From Octopus vulgaris (taxonomy: Eukaryota), in NCBI GenBank assembly GCA_951406725.2, contig OX597819.1:135408001-135472000 (forward strand): a stretch of 64,000 nt of DNA. The letters run 5' to 3'. A program made the translations under genes and the position numbers. The notes beneath the pieces were generated by a model. It saw only the letters and a list, made by a program, of their open reading frames with translations. It ran no database searches and was not told the origin of the DNA. The stretch's first letter is position 1; every line of letters starts with the position of its first letter. Below are positions 1 through 12,699 of the stretch, one piece after another.

Positions 1-55
1 TCTCTCAATAATAAAATTTAGATTGTTAATAAAGATAAAGAATTTTACTATAACA

Positions 56-436
56 CTAGCAGTATCGCCCGGTGTTGCTCGGGTTTGTTTCGACACCTTA
101 GAACTGGAATTTTTGAAAAGGAAAATTTTGGCATTATATAGCTTGTTATTCTCTTTAAGTGAACATTTTTCTGGTTGAAATACACCGAAAAATGGCGTCA
201 CAGCAGTAAAAAAAATCGTAAAAATTAGGGATTTTCATAGAAAAAAAGCAGCTTTTTGATGTATATAATTTTTGGTATTAACATGGTCCGATTTGAAAGG
301 AAGGAAGAACAAGCCTTCTTCTATCATACTCTCAATTTTGGTCAACTTGCGCCGCAGGGTCTCAGAGGAGATAATGTTAGTTGAAGGCTACCAAACCTGC
401 CATACACAGACAACTTCAGCTTTATATATAGAAAGA
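56..436 (-). mobile_element. Non-autonomous Helitron (complete short element) in the last intron of the plus-strand Death-domain gene
   Basis: On the minus strand it starts TC(TTTCTATATATAAAG) and ends with a GC hairpin (CCCGAGCAACACCGGG) about 9 nt before CTAG. It is inserted between A and T with no TSD, the canonical Helitron terminus pattern. Confidence 0.75.
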
Positions 437-479
437 TTGTTAATACTGTTACTGTTATTTCTTATTGTATCTTTTGCAG

Positions 480-685
480 GTATTTTTTTAGGAATTCCAG
501 CAATTGACCAGGATATTATCAAGAACGATTTCCCTTGTGACACAGTAAAACGGAGTTATCAAATGCTTTGTGAGTGGTTTATAAATTATAAACCAGAGGA
601 ACATACAGTTGAAACCCTCAGAAAAGCCTTTAAAGATGCTGAGTGCTTTGCTGCCCTTGAGTATCTCTCATTAGATGAACGGTGA
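480..685 (+). CDS. Terminal coding exon of a Death-domain protein (paralog A; the rest of the gene is upstream of the window)
   Basis: Acceptor tcttttgcAG at 478-479, phase 1. Reads GIFLGIPAIDQDIIKNDFPCDTVKRSYQMLCEWF...TVETLRKAFKDAECFAALEYLSLDER* (Death-fold pattern). It has the same 206-nt length as the exon at 25510-25715, with 32/68 identical residues and no gaps. Confidence 0.85.
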
Positions 686-2400
686 ATTTCTGTGTAAATT
701 CTGCTGTTGTTTACTCCAAGGTGAATGCTGACCAAAGAGAGACCTTTGACGAAAGTATAGAGAACCAAGAACCACATTCTCCAATGTGTCCTCCTTTACA
801 ATGATGAGGTGTGGAGTGCAGTGGATTTAGCTACTAATTCTAGCAGATCTATCTCTCACATAAGAGATACCCTTCACTTGTTTGGTTCTTTTGTTAGAAA
901 TTAACTTTTGAAATAAAGATAAACTTTGAAATATCCGTTCGTTGTTGTTGCCATACTTAATTGCCTCCTTAAACGCTTCCATTGTTATATCGGCAGATTT
1001 AACATCCTCCCATACGTTGATGGTTATCTACCTTCATTTATAGCTGAGAGTAGAATGCTTGGTACTTAAGGTTATCCGGAAAGTTCATGTCGATTATTTA
1101 AGGAAATTAGAAGAGAAAACAATATTATGTGATTGAATATTTATTCAACTAAATATGAACCATTTTGTTGCACAACCTTTCTCCTTTCTCCATTTTTCCT
1201 TCAACATAAAGATTCCAGCATCCCAGAATTGGCTCCTATGCCAGCTTCCAAATCCTGTTTTATGATTAGGTAATATTTGTTAAACCTTAAACCTCACTAA
1301 CCTTTTTCTGCAACTTTTCTGCAACAAATAAATAACAAAGTCATTTCAAGTTACTAAATTTGGAAATATTGACCTAGTTATACTCTCCCAAAATATGTGA
1401 CAGTAACAGGGATGTCCCCACAAAATTAGAGAGACAGACAGTTATAGGACGTGTCACACACACACACACACGTTTAAATACGTACACACAGGGAATCACG
1501 AGTTTAAAATGTTGTATAATAGACATATGCATGTACCCTGTATATATATATATTCATATGTATGCGTGTGTCTATGTGTGAGTATTTCTTTGCCGATAAA
1601 CATCAGAAAAGCCACCCACTCTGTCTCTCATGAAAGCTACGTATTCATAAAATACACCCTTCTCTGTGTATGTGTGTGTTGTATCAATGTATTTACAAAA
1701 GTATGTATGCAGCGCCGCGTGTTTATGACAGCTATATTATCATTAAAATCCCATTCTTGCTGATGTTCTCGCCTTCACTGATAGAATTCTCCCTCTCTCT
1801 TTGATACTCTCTTTCAGTCAAATTAGTACATTTTGCAACTTTATCATTTTAAAATTTTATTTGTTCCAATGCCCCTGGGTTGCACATTATAGATTTTTAT
1901 AGGAATCCAATTAGCTTATCACTTAACTGAATGTTAGTGTAACATGAACGGAAAGTTTCGTGAATATTGGTTCATTGGTTTAAACATTAAGATGGTAAAA
2001 GTCAAACAAAAATTGTCATTGATTTATGTGTGTATGTGTATGCGGGTGTGTATCAGTGGCTGATTCGGTGAATGATAAAAGTGAAAATTATAAATCATTG
2101 GGATAACTATTCGCAATTTACAACGAAAAAGCAAAAGTATTGCTAGAAATACGAGCCAAATCAACTCTTAGCCACGGGCCACTGGTTGCTTTGGTATTTC
2201 TTATAAACATACAAGGCCAGTTGAGTTTTAACCTTTGGCAACCACATGGAATGCATCACACATCCGAAATCATTGATGATCCGGCTCTGTCTTGCTTGCA
2301 CTATGGAGCTTGTATCCCTTGCTTACTGATGGATAAGAATCATTCTGACTCTTATTTCTAGCAATGTTGCTGCTGCTTACTAGCAAAATTAGTCACTTCA

Positions 2401-2459
2401 TATTATATATATATATATATGTGTATGTATGTATATATGTATGTATGTATATATATATG

Positions 2460-2490
<31 letters not shown>

Positions 2491-2539
2491 CTATGTATAT
2501 ATATATGTATGTATGTATATATGTATATATATGTGTGTG

Positions 2540-2584
<45 letters not shown>

Positions 2585-2587
2585 GTG

Positions 2588-2660
<73 letters not shown>
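2401..2660. repeat. (TA)n/(TATG)n microsatellite
   Basis: Direct reading. Similar tracts at ~3340-3560, 18420-18555, 48141-48255, 58720-58822 and 62815-62930. Confidence 0.95.
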
Positions 2661-2662
<2 letters not shown>

Positions 2663-2738
2663 ATTTAGAGGACTAGAGGACTGACCACTAAGAGTGGATA
2701 GCCTATATGCTAAACATAGACGTCAAATCGCCATTTAC

Positions 2739-2952
2739 CACGAAGAATGTGTTCTCAAGAAAAATCTCAGCAAAAAGCCAAAGTGTAAAAATAAGCGAAG
2801 ATATGAAAATATCCGAAATGAAAAACGATTCCCTATCTACCAATTGGTTTCACTTGTTAATATTTACGTATTTCGATTATTTTCATGTGTCTTTGCTTAT
2901 TTTTACACTTTGGAGTTTTGCTGAGATTTTTCTTGAGAACACATTCTTCGTG
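2739..2952. repeat. Imperfect ~80-bp inverted repeat (fold-back) between TA microsatellites
   Basis: 2739-2819 (cacgaagaatgtgttctcaagaaaaatctcagcaaaa...) is the reverse complement of 2870-2952. Confidence 0.85.
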
Positions 2953-3350
2953 AAAAACGGGATGGACGCTTCGATTTTGTTTTGGTGCCTCGCTCTGTTG
3001 TACACGACTATGAGGATTTGCATCCCCAACGTAATTCGTCTTTTTCCCAAACTAATGTAATACATGTCCTAGGAGTAGTAATTGTATGCGGCTGAAGAAG
3101 GCTATTGACATACAAATTACATCAATTATGCATTGATATAACCGTCTAATAAAAGCGGTTGGTGTTTACATAGGAAGCACACTGTCAGAGTTGGTTTGGA
3201 ACCAACTTTAAGTTTTTAGTCCAACATATCAGCTCAAGTAATATCTAAGCCCTACACTCGTTCTATCGGTACAATTTGCCGCATCGCTAGGTGAGAGGGA
3301 TGTTCACAGCGCTTGTCAAGCATCGCTGGGACAATTAATGTATGTATGTA

Positions 3351-3404
<54 letters not shown>

Positions 3405-3434
3405 CTATATATATGTATATATACGTATATATAC

Positions 3435-3517
<83 letters not shown>

Positions 3518-3893
3518 TATATACATATACGTACATACATACATATATACACACACACAAACACCCACACACAATCTCTCTCACGGATGCACGTACAAAC
3601 ACATATTCATTTACCTGCATTTATGTATGTGTGTATGTGTGTGTGTGTGTGTGTGTGAGATGGACACATACACATAACTGTGATGGTAGTCGTTCACATT
3701 TTCCGTTGTGAGGTTTTGGGTGACTTCTTGCTTAAGAGACTTTCTGTCCTCGCCTGCTGCATTTTAATTGACAATAGAGATGTTTGATCTCCGAGTCGCT
3801 GGACATTGGGGGGAAATGGTTCTCCAGCGAAACGCAACAGAACTGAAAAAACATCGATATTGTAAAATTCAAATGAAGTAGCCAGACGGGTGT

Positions 3894-3932
<39 letters not shown>

Positions 3933-4230
3933 CTCTGACGGATACACGTACAAACACATGTTTATTTGTATGCATTTATATGTTTGTGGTGGTTGCGGTT
4001 GGTGTTTCAGTGTGTGATGGACACATTCATACACCTGTGATGGTAGTCCTCGACAATCTTGGTTGAGCAGGTGTTTTGCATAAGAGACATCTTGTTCTCA
4101 CCTGCGGTCTTTAACCTGACAATGGATCCGATTGATGCCATTGGCCCTTTGTTGTTCTACTTTTCACCTCTCAGGTGATTCTATCAAATGGATATGATCT
4201 GCATAATGCCGATTGCATAATGCCAAATCT

Positions 4231-4632
4231 GCATTATGCAGTTCATATCCATTTGATAGAATCACCTGTCAAAGTAATTGTGCAATATGTTCGACAAACC
4301 CACATGTGAACAGCAAAGCCAAGGTCACCGTATACCAAATTGAGTGCCAAGAAGTAGCTTGCGCGACTAACCCAGAGTCATACATAGGTGAGACTTCTAG
4401 GAGTATCAATGATAGCTTCAAAGAACACCTGGACATCTACATTGAAAGGAAGCCAAACTCCATCTTCTACCAACATGCTGTGGACTGCCACAGGGGATCC
4501 TTAGGGAAACTTAAGTTAAACATCCTATCAACACATCCCACCGATGCAATGTTGAGACAGGTCACAGAAGCCGTTTGTATACAAGAATACAAACCTATTC
4601 TCAACCGAAAATCCAAATGGAGTAACATCTAG
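4231..4632 (+). mobile_element. 5'-truncated Penelope-like element fragment: GIY-YIG endonuclease
   Basis: CAIC...VYQIEC...YIGETSRS...FKEH...EAVCIQEYKPILN pattern typical of PLE GIY-YIG domains. A 38-bp fold-back sits at the 5' junction (4172-4268). Confidence 0.85.
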
Positions 4633-5296
4633 ATCCCATTCAGGAGGACCATTCTATAACCACCCCTCTCTCTCGTTTACATGTAATCCTTACATACACG
4701 TTGCAATGCGTGGTGCTAAAACACATATGTGCAGTTATATATAACCGTATGAGCGTACGTTGTTCGATACGTATGTGCGTGTGTGGTGCTATAAAAAATG
4801 CACATGCATGCGCATGTGAGCATGTATGGATGTATGTATGTATTGTATATGTATGCGTTTATGCTTATATAAAAAAAAGAAAAAAAAGAACAGATAGGTT
4901 AATATAATGCATGTTCGATTTTTAACTGTTGCCCTTGTATACTGTGTCGTATTTTGTATGTGTGTGTGTGTGCGTATGTATGTTTATGCATGTGTGTGCA
5001 TGTGTGTGTGCGTGTGTATGTGTGTATGTGTGTAATAGGACATATGTATGAAGAAGTGGATAAGAATATATGAGTATATAATTTAAGATTATATGTATAT
5101 TTATGAGTGTGTCTATATGATTGTGTGTGCTTGCGTATATGTATATGGTTATATGTGCACAGTTGCATCTAAACGTTGTATCCATTCACAGTTAGACGAT
5201 GATGAGAAGAACAAACACACACCCACACATATATATATGTGTGTACGTCTATACAAACATATATGTGTGTATATAGACAACCTTCAACAAAGTGAC

Positions 5297-5525
5297 GGCG
5301 AGCTGGCAGAAACGTTAGCACGCCGGGCGAAATGCGTGGCCGTATTTCGTCTGTCGTTACGTTCCGAGTTCAAATTACGCCGAGGTCGACTTTGCCTTTA
5401 ATCCTTTCGGGGTCGATAAATTAAGTACCAGTTACGCACTGAGGGTCGATGCAATCGACTTAAATCCCTTTGTCTGTCCTTGTTTGTCCCCTCTGTGTTT
5501 AGCCCCTTGTGGGTAGTAAAGAAAT
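5297..5525 (+). mobile_element. SINE (family starting GGCGAGCTGGCAGAAACGTTAG)
   Basis: tRNA-like head with a GAGTTCAAAT B-box-like motif; a close copy is at 60832-61230; the nearby sequence tatatagacaaccttcaacaa is duplicated on both sides. Confidence 0.75.
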
Positions 5526-5757
5526 ATATAGACAACCTTCAACAATATATATATGTGTGTGCGTCTATACAAACATATATGTGAATATGTATACAACCTA
5601 TTAGAAAAAATCCACCTATTATCAATTCAAAATGAACAATTAAATTACACCAGAAAATTACATATAATAGAAATATTAAATATAAAATAGCAATAATATA
5701 CCGATGATTCAGTAAATTGCAAAATAATAATAAATAAAACGTATACATTTGGTAGAA

Positions 5758-5861
5758 TAACGACACGTGTTTCGTGGCTATATTTAAGAAATGATTATAG
5801 TAAAATAATTAATAGTAGTAGTAAAACCACTTCGATATAAATATAGCCACTCATCAGGTTA
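5758..5861 (-). ncRNA. Type I hammerhead ribozyme motif (Penelope-type) with a long stem II
   Basis: Minus strand: taac-CTGATGA-GTGGCTATATTTA...TAAATATAGCCAC-GAAA-C-ACGT-GTC-gtta. Complete core, 13-bp stem II, palindromic minimal stem III, GUC site, 4-bp stem I. Confidence 0.8.
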
Positions 5862-6459
5862 AAAGTAAACTACAATAATAGAATAATTAATTAATAAATA
5901 TACGTAAATAATCTTTTAAAATATAAATATATTCTTTAAAATACATATATATATTCTTACCTTTTCGTTTCACTCTGCCTGCAATCATCACAGAGTTTGC
6001 ATCGTCGCTGAAGTGAAGGCAAGTGGGTTAGAGGTTAGGGGTATTCGGCTTAGATTTGGGGTGATATATTAAAATCGGCTGGGGTGGGAGAAATATGATT
6101 TTCTGAGTACCTTTAATTTTTATATGAGTGACAACAGACAACTTTGATATACTTGGCTATTATTTCTAGCATCACATAGGACTACCAATTGGATAATATT
6201 CCTCCGGATGCTTCTTAAAGTCTCCTTTAATCCTTCATGAAAAGCAATACAAAATATAATCTATTATTTTTAGCATATTACCCGACCACCTGTAGGACAA
6301 TATATTTGATAGACGCTTCCTCAAGTGTCCTGCTTTTATAAAAAAAAAAACTTTAGGAATTTCAAGGTGTTTGCTTGCTGTTTCACGAATGATGCGAGAC
6401 AATAGAGAGGTGAGATTCTTTTATAAAGGTCGAAATGGTTTTGGGAGGGAAACAATGAG

Positions 6460-9400
6460 ATTAAGTGAAAGAAAGAGAGTGACAGAGAGAGTAAAAAGAA
6501 GGAAAGAATGAAAGAGAGAGAGAAAGGAAGAAAGAAAAGAGAAATAAAGAAGGAATGAAAGAATAGAGGGGGGAAGGAATAAAGTAACGTGATTCTGTAA
6601 TAATGCATGAAATGAGAGAGAAAGAAAGAAAGAAAGCGAAGTGATTCCGTAATAAACAAAGAGATAAGAGTGGGGGGGAGAAAGAAGGAGAGAAAGGGAG
6701 AAAGAAAGGAAAAAGAAAGAAGGAAAAAGTACAAAGAACGAAGGAAAAAAGAAGAAATAAAGAAAGAAGGAAAATGAAAGAAAGAAGGAGAGAAATATAA
6801 GAGGAGGGCGAGAGAGAGAGAGAGAAAGGAGAAAAGGAAAGGACACGAAACAACGACAAAAAAAGGAAAGAAGAAAAAGAAAAGAAGCAAAGGAGAAGGA
6901 AAGATAAGAGCGAGGAAAGAAACAAGAATGACGGTAAGAAGAATGAAATGAAAAAAAAAGAAATAAGGAAAATGAAAGAAAGAAAGAATGAGAGAAATGA
7001 AGTAAGAAAGAAAGACCGAAAGGAAAGAAAGAAAGAAAGAAAGAAAGGAAGAAAAAAGAAAGAAAGGAAAGAAAGAAAGAAGGAAGGAAAGAAGAAAGAT
7101 AGGAAAAGGAAAGAAGGAAAGAAAAAACAAAGACAGTAAAAAGAAAGAAGCAAAGGAAAGAAGGAGAGAATGAGAGGAATGAAGGAAGAAAGAAAGAAAG
7201 ACAGAAGGGAAAGAAAGGAAGAAAAAGGAAAGAAAGGAAGAGTAAAGAAAGAAACAAAAGAGAAAGAAAGAAAGAAAGAAGGAAAGGAAATTGAAAGAAA
7301 GAAAGAAAGAACGAAAGAAAGCAAACAGAAAGAAAGGAAAAGGAAAGAAAGAAAAAGGAAGGAAAGAAAGAAAAAAGAATGAAATAAAAAAGAAAGAAAA
7401 AAGACAGGAAAAAGAAAGAAAGAAAGAAAGTAAGTAAAGGGAAACAAAAAAGAAAAAATGTAATGCAAAACAAAAAGAAAAAAAGAATGAGAGAGAGATA
7501 GAAACAATGAGATTAATGGAAAGAGAGAGAGAGAGAGAGAAAAAGAAGGAAAGAATGAAAAAGAGAGAAAGAAGGAGGAAGAAAGAAAAGAGAAAAAGAA
7601 GGAATGATAGAAGAGAGGGTGGAAGGGAAAAAGTAACGTGATTTTGTAATAATGCATGAAATAAGAGCGAAAGAAAGAAAGAAAGCGAAGTGAATCCGTA
7701 ATAAACAAAGAGATGAGAGCGGGGTGGGGAGAGAAAGAAAGAAAGAAAGGGAGAATGAAAGGTATCAAGAAAGGAAAAGGAAAGAAGGAAAGATAGAGAG
7801 AATGAAGTAAAAAAGAAGGAAAAAAGAAAGAAAAAAGGAAAAAGAAGAAAAGGAGAGAAAGATAGGAGTAGGGCGAGAGGGAGAAAAGGAAAAGAAACAA
7901 AACAACAAAAAAAATAGGAAGGAAGCAAAAGAAAAGAAGCAAAGGAGAAGGAAAGATAAAAGTGATGAAAGAAAAAAGAATGAAGGGTAAGAAGAAGGAA
8001 ATGAAAATAAGAAAGAAAAACAAAGAAGTAAGGAAAATGAAAGAAGGAAACAAAGAAAGAATGAGAGAAATGAAGGAAGAAAGAAAGAAAGACAGAAAGG
8101 AAAGAATGAAAGAAAGAAAGAAGAAAAAGAAGCAAAAGAAGAAAGAAAAAAGAATGATATAAAGAAAGAAAGAAAGAAAGAAGGAAAGAATGAGAGAAAT
8201 GAAGGAAGAAAGAGAGACAGAAAGGAAAGAAAGAAGAAAGAAAGAAAGAAAGAAAAATAAATAAGAATGAAAGAAAGAAAGAAAAAAGAAAGAAAGATGG
8301 AAAGAATGAGAGAAATGAAGGAAGAAAGAAAGAAATACAGACGGGAAAGAAAGAACGAAAGAAAGAAAAAAGAAAGAAAGAATGAATGAAAGAAAGAGAG
8401 AAGAAAGAAAGGAAAAGGAAAGAAAGAAAGAAAGAAAGAAGGAAAGGAAAAAGAAAGAAAGAAAGAAAGAAGAAAGAAAGAAAGACAGAAAGAAAGAAGA
8501 GAACGAAAGAAAGAAAGAAAAAAGAAAGTAAAAAGAAAGAAGGAAAGAAAGAAGAAGGAAACGAAAAGGAAAGAAATAAGAAAGAAAGGAAGCAAAAACA
8601 AATAAAGGAAATAAAAAAGAAAGGAAAAGAAAAGAAAGGAAGAAAGACAGGAAAAAGAAAGAAAGAAAGAATGAAAAAAACGGAAAGAAAGTAAAGGGAA
8701 ACAAAAAAGAAAGAAAGAATGAAAGAGAGATAGAGAGGAAGGCGACGTAATTCTGAAAAAAATGATGAGAAGAAAGAGGGAGAGGGAGAGAGAGAGGGGA
8801 GGAAGGAGAAGGGATTAGAGAAATAAATGTTAAGAAGAGAGGAGGAGTATGAGATGAGAGACAAAGAGTAAAAAGGCGGAGCATTAATATATAATAAGGT
8901 AATAGAGAGAGGGAGAAAGAGAGAGACAGACAAACAGAGACACGGAGACAGAGAGAGAGACATAAGAAGCGAGAGGGCGAAAGAGAGAGACTGAAATAGA
9001 GAAATCAAGAGAGCAAAGAGAGAGAAAGACAGACATAGAGAAAGAGAGGGAGATGGAATGGGAGGGAAAGAATGAGGTAAGAGAATGAGAGAATATTATA
9101 TAAGGAGGTGGAGGGAGAGAGAAAATGATACATAGGTTTAGAAAGAGAGGGAGAGTGTGACGTGGGGCGGAGCGGAAAAGAGGTAGAGGGATAGTATGAG
9201 ATATGAGGTGGTAAAGAGGGAGGGAGAGAGAGATAAAAAGTGAGGGAGGGGGAAGGAAACAGAGATGATGTATGAGATATATGCTTCATGAGAGAGGGAG
9301 AGTAAGAGTTGAGAGAAAACGAGGGATGAGGGAGGCGGGGTTAAACAATAACATAAATAAGTGACAGAGGGGGAGGGAGAGGAGTAGAGGAGGAGAGGGA

Positions 9401-9500
9401 ATGATGTGTGTGATAAGAGAGGGAGTCTATCATGTATTAGAGAAAGGAAGAGGGGAAGGATGAGGTATTAATACAGAATGAGGAAGGAGAGAGAAGAGTT
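6460..9500. repeat. ~3 kb GA-rich polypurine low-complexity tract with internal duplications
   Basis: Almost exclusively A/G on the plus strand (GAAA-like units); internal repeat of ~6445-7100 at ~7500-8200. Confidence 0.95.
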
Positions 9501-9653
9501 TCGAAGTGTCCTTCATTTTCATATGAAACACAAAACCAAACTTTAACATACTTGGCTGTTATTTCTAGCATCACATTTGATCCCCAACTGGACTATATTT
9601 CCTTAAAAGCTCCTTAAAGTGTCCTTCATGATAACAATGTAAAGTATTGTGTG

Positions 9654-10520
9654 GTGGGCTGTTATTTCTAGCAAGATAACAGACCACCAATACGTTTTAT
9701 AGACGCTTCTTCACTTGGTTTCTCATTCGAAGAAGAAGTCTGACCAGATCCGGGAAAAAGTTTTATAAATGCTTCTTAAATTGTCTTTCAATTTCGTATG
9801 AAAAACAAAGCAACTTTGAGTGTAGTGGGCTGCTATTTCTAGCAAGATACCAGACCACCAATACGTTTTATAGACGCTTCTTCACTTGGTTTCTCATTCG
9901 AAGAAGAAATCTGACCAGATCCGGGAAAAAAGTTTTATAAATGCTTCTTAAATTGTCTTTCAATTTCGTATGAAAAACAACGCAACTTTGAGTGTAGTGG
10001 GCTGCTATTTCTAGCAAGATACCAGACCACCAATACGTTTTATAGACGCTTCTTCACTTGGCTTCTCATTCGAAGAAGAAGTCTGACCAGATCCGGGAAA
10101 AAGTTTTATAAATGCTTCTTAAATTGTCTTTCAATTTCGTATGAAAACAACGCAACTTTGAGTGTAGTGGGCTGTTATTTCTAGCAAGATACCAGACCAC
10201 CAATACGTTTTATAGACGCTTCTTCACTTGGTTTCTCCTTCGAGGAAGAAGTCTGACCAGATCCGGGAAAAAGTTTTATAAATTGTGTTTCAATTTCGTA
10301 TGATAAACAAAGCAACTTTGAGTGTAGTGGGCTGTTATTTCTAGCAAGATAACAGACCACCAATACGTTTTATAGACGCTTCTTCACTTGGTTTCTCATT
10401 CGAAGAAGAAGTCTGACCAGATCCGGGAAAAAGTTTTATAAATGCTTCTTAAATTGTCTTTCAATTTCGTATGAAAAACAAAGCAACTTTGAGTGTAGTG
10501 GGCTGCTATTTCTAGCATGA
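9654..10520. repeat. ~171-bp tandem repeat, 5 units
   Basis: Unit starts (gtgggctg.tatttctagc) at 9654, 9825, 9997, 10167, 10327, 10498; units are near-identical, one with a ~11-bp deletion. Confidence 0.95.
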
Positions 10521-10729
10521 TGTCAAACCAGGTGTAGGAGGATTCTTTGAATAAATGCTTCTTAAATTGTCCGTCAATGTCTCGGCTATTTAATTTGCTC
10601 AATTAAAAACTACACGGTAATTATGTAATTAATGGTTAGTTAAATAATTAGCTTCTGGTAAAATAATTAGCGAGAGAGAAATTTGAAGGTAAATCTGAAA
10701 ATATAATTTATTTGTAAGAAAGTAAGGTT

Positions 10730-11255
10730 TCTTAGGAATAAAAGGAGAGGAAGAGGGAGAGGGTAAGATATAAGGAGGTGGGGGAGATAGAGAGAGAAAG
10801 AAAGGAAGAAAGAGTGAGAGAGAGAAAGCCTAGGGAAGGGGAGGGATATATTAATGTATGAGGAAGCAGAGAAAGCATGAGAGTGGGAGAGAGAGAGAGA
10901 GACAGAATGCGTGAGAGTGGGAGAGAGAGAGAAAGAAAGGAAGAATGAGTGAGAGAGAGAAAGCCTAGGGAAGGGGAGGGATATATTAATGTATGAGGAA
11001 GCAGAGAAAGAATGAGAGTAGAAGAGAGAGAGAGAGACAGGATGCGTGAGAGAGAGAGAGAGAGAAAGAAAGAGTGACAGTTAGTGAGGGAGAGGAAGAG
11101 GGAGAGGGTAGGATATATGGAGGTGGGGGAGATAGAGAGAGAAAGAAAGGAAGAAAGAGTGAGAGAGAGAAACCCTAGGGAAGGGGAGGGATATATTAAT
11201 GTATGAGGAAGCAGAGAAAGAATGAGAGTGGGAGAGAGAGAGAGACAGAATGCGT

Positions 11256-11289
<34 letters not shown>

Positions 11290-11430
11290 GGAAGAAAGAG
11301 TGAGAGAGAGAAACCCTAGGGAAGGGGAGGGATATATTAATGTATGAGGAAGCAAAGAAAGTGAGAGAGAGAGAGAGAGACAGAATGCGTGAGAGAGAGA
11401 GAAAGAGAGAGAAAGAGAGAAAGAGAGACA
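10730..11430. repeat. GA-rich tandem units (cctagggaaggggagggatatattaatgtatgaggaagca)
   Basis: The motif recurs four times here and about three times, inverted, at 42600-43070. Confidence 0.85.
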
Positions 11431-12699
11431 GTTAGTGAGGGAGAGGATGAGGTGAACGCTTTTGCAAGGGAGGTGGGCGGTGATTAAAATGAATATATAA
11501 TTAGGTTCTGAGAGAAAGGAGACAAAGAGGGAGAAGTGGGAGGATATGTTTTGTAGGGGAGGGAGAAAGAGTATGAAAATGCATTAAGGGTTTAGTGAGG
11601 TACAGACAGAAGGAATTAAGAGTAAAAGCAAGGGAGGGGGAAGCATTGGGTAATATATGAGGAGGTGGGAGACGGAGGCGAAGAGAAAGAGACAGACAAA
11701 GAGGGAGAGCGCGCTTATTGGACGATATATATTTAGTAATAGGGGAAGGGTATGAGTTAATAAAGAAAGCAAAATGGGCGGAGTCAGTCTACATCATACA
11801 ATGTGGTGGGAGGAGTCAACGTTGAAAGGGTAAGAACAATAACTCTTATTGAATCCCTTTTCGCTTTAAATTCTATTTTTTTCTTGCGCAGAATTTGAAG
11901 ATTTCCAAAAATAATTTAATGTAAATAATAGATCGAAGGGTTTAATATTGCAATTCTTACCCCTTAATTTCCTCCTCGTAATATTCACACTGCACCCTGC
12001 ACCTATTGTGGATGCAACTGCAAGAAATAGCAGCCTAACATCGCATACTAAATGAAACCTCTTATTTCTTCAAAGTTTATTTATTAAGTTGATGAAAAAG
12101 TTCGTGCGTTTGGTCTTTATTTTGAAGAATATTTGTTGCTTTTCAATAAATTCTTGCATAAAAAAATCATTATTTTAACACGACGCACGGACATTTCCCT
12201 CATTCTAATAGTTTCTATTTTATAATTGGCATTTGGTCAGATTACTGCAAAGATTAGCCATTGACTGTCCACTACAAAGAGAAGGGAGCAAGAATATGCA
12301 ATGAAAGTGCAGTTTAGTGCAGCCGTGCACTGGTTGTCGTCGTATTTTAAGCTGCAAAAATGTGAAAGTAGACTTCGAGAAGGAAAGGGATCAGACCGGA
12401 AGTGATGAGAATAGAACAGGAAACAAGTGAATGCCATCTAACGGAGAACAATTCAGCTCATAGTGACGACGCCTCTACCACCGAAACATCTCGACACACT
12501 GTTTTTACTCATCGCAGGCCGGTCTCATGGATGTGTGACGGAGCTGTGTTGCGGGGAAACAGCTACGAGAACGGAAATCGACGGAAATTGACGCATCTCG
12601 ATGGTTATGAAGGAGTTCAGTGTGAAGATATTAAATGCCTTTCGGTATTGCTTCAGATGTTTGACACCCGAATTTCCTGCCTCAGAGCTTCCAGAAAAT

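Larger units (their letters stand above)
5950..12440 (+). repeat. Composite repeat, left copy (inverted relative to 41520-47155)
   Basis: Colinear reverse-complement match along the block, e.g. 6290-6480 vs 46620-46825, 8800-10900 vs 42900-44600, 12230-12440 vs 41520-41730. Confidence 0.9.

Noticed and set aside
272-479. N-terminal part of the 137-aa ORF
   Set aside because: It lies in a Helitron and intron upstream of a clear splice acceptor; only 480-685 is exon.
2364-3711. Y/I, C/V and H/T dipeptide ORFs throughout the window
   Set aside because: Translations of microsatellites.
6336-9008. 890-aa, 807-aa and 717-aa (44361-46514) F/L/S-rich ORFs
   Set aside because: Open in several frames only because a pyrimidine strand rarely forms stop codons; no domain content.
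9654-10520. CRISPR-like or alpha-satellite reading of the 171-bp array
   Set aside because: Whole units repeat with no unique spacers and there are no cas genes; only the length resembles alpha satellite.
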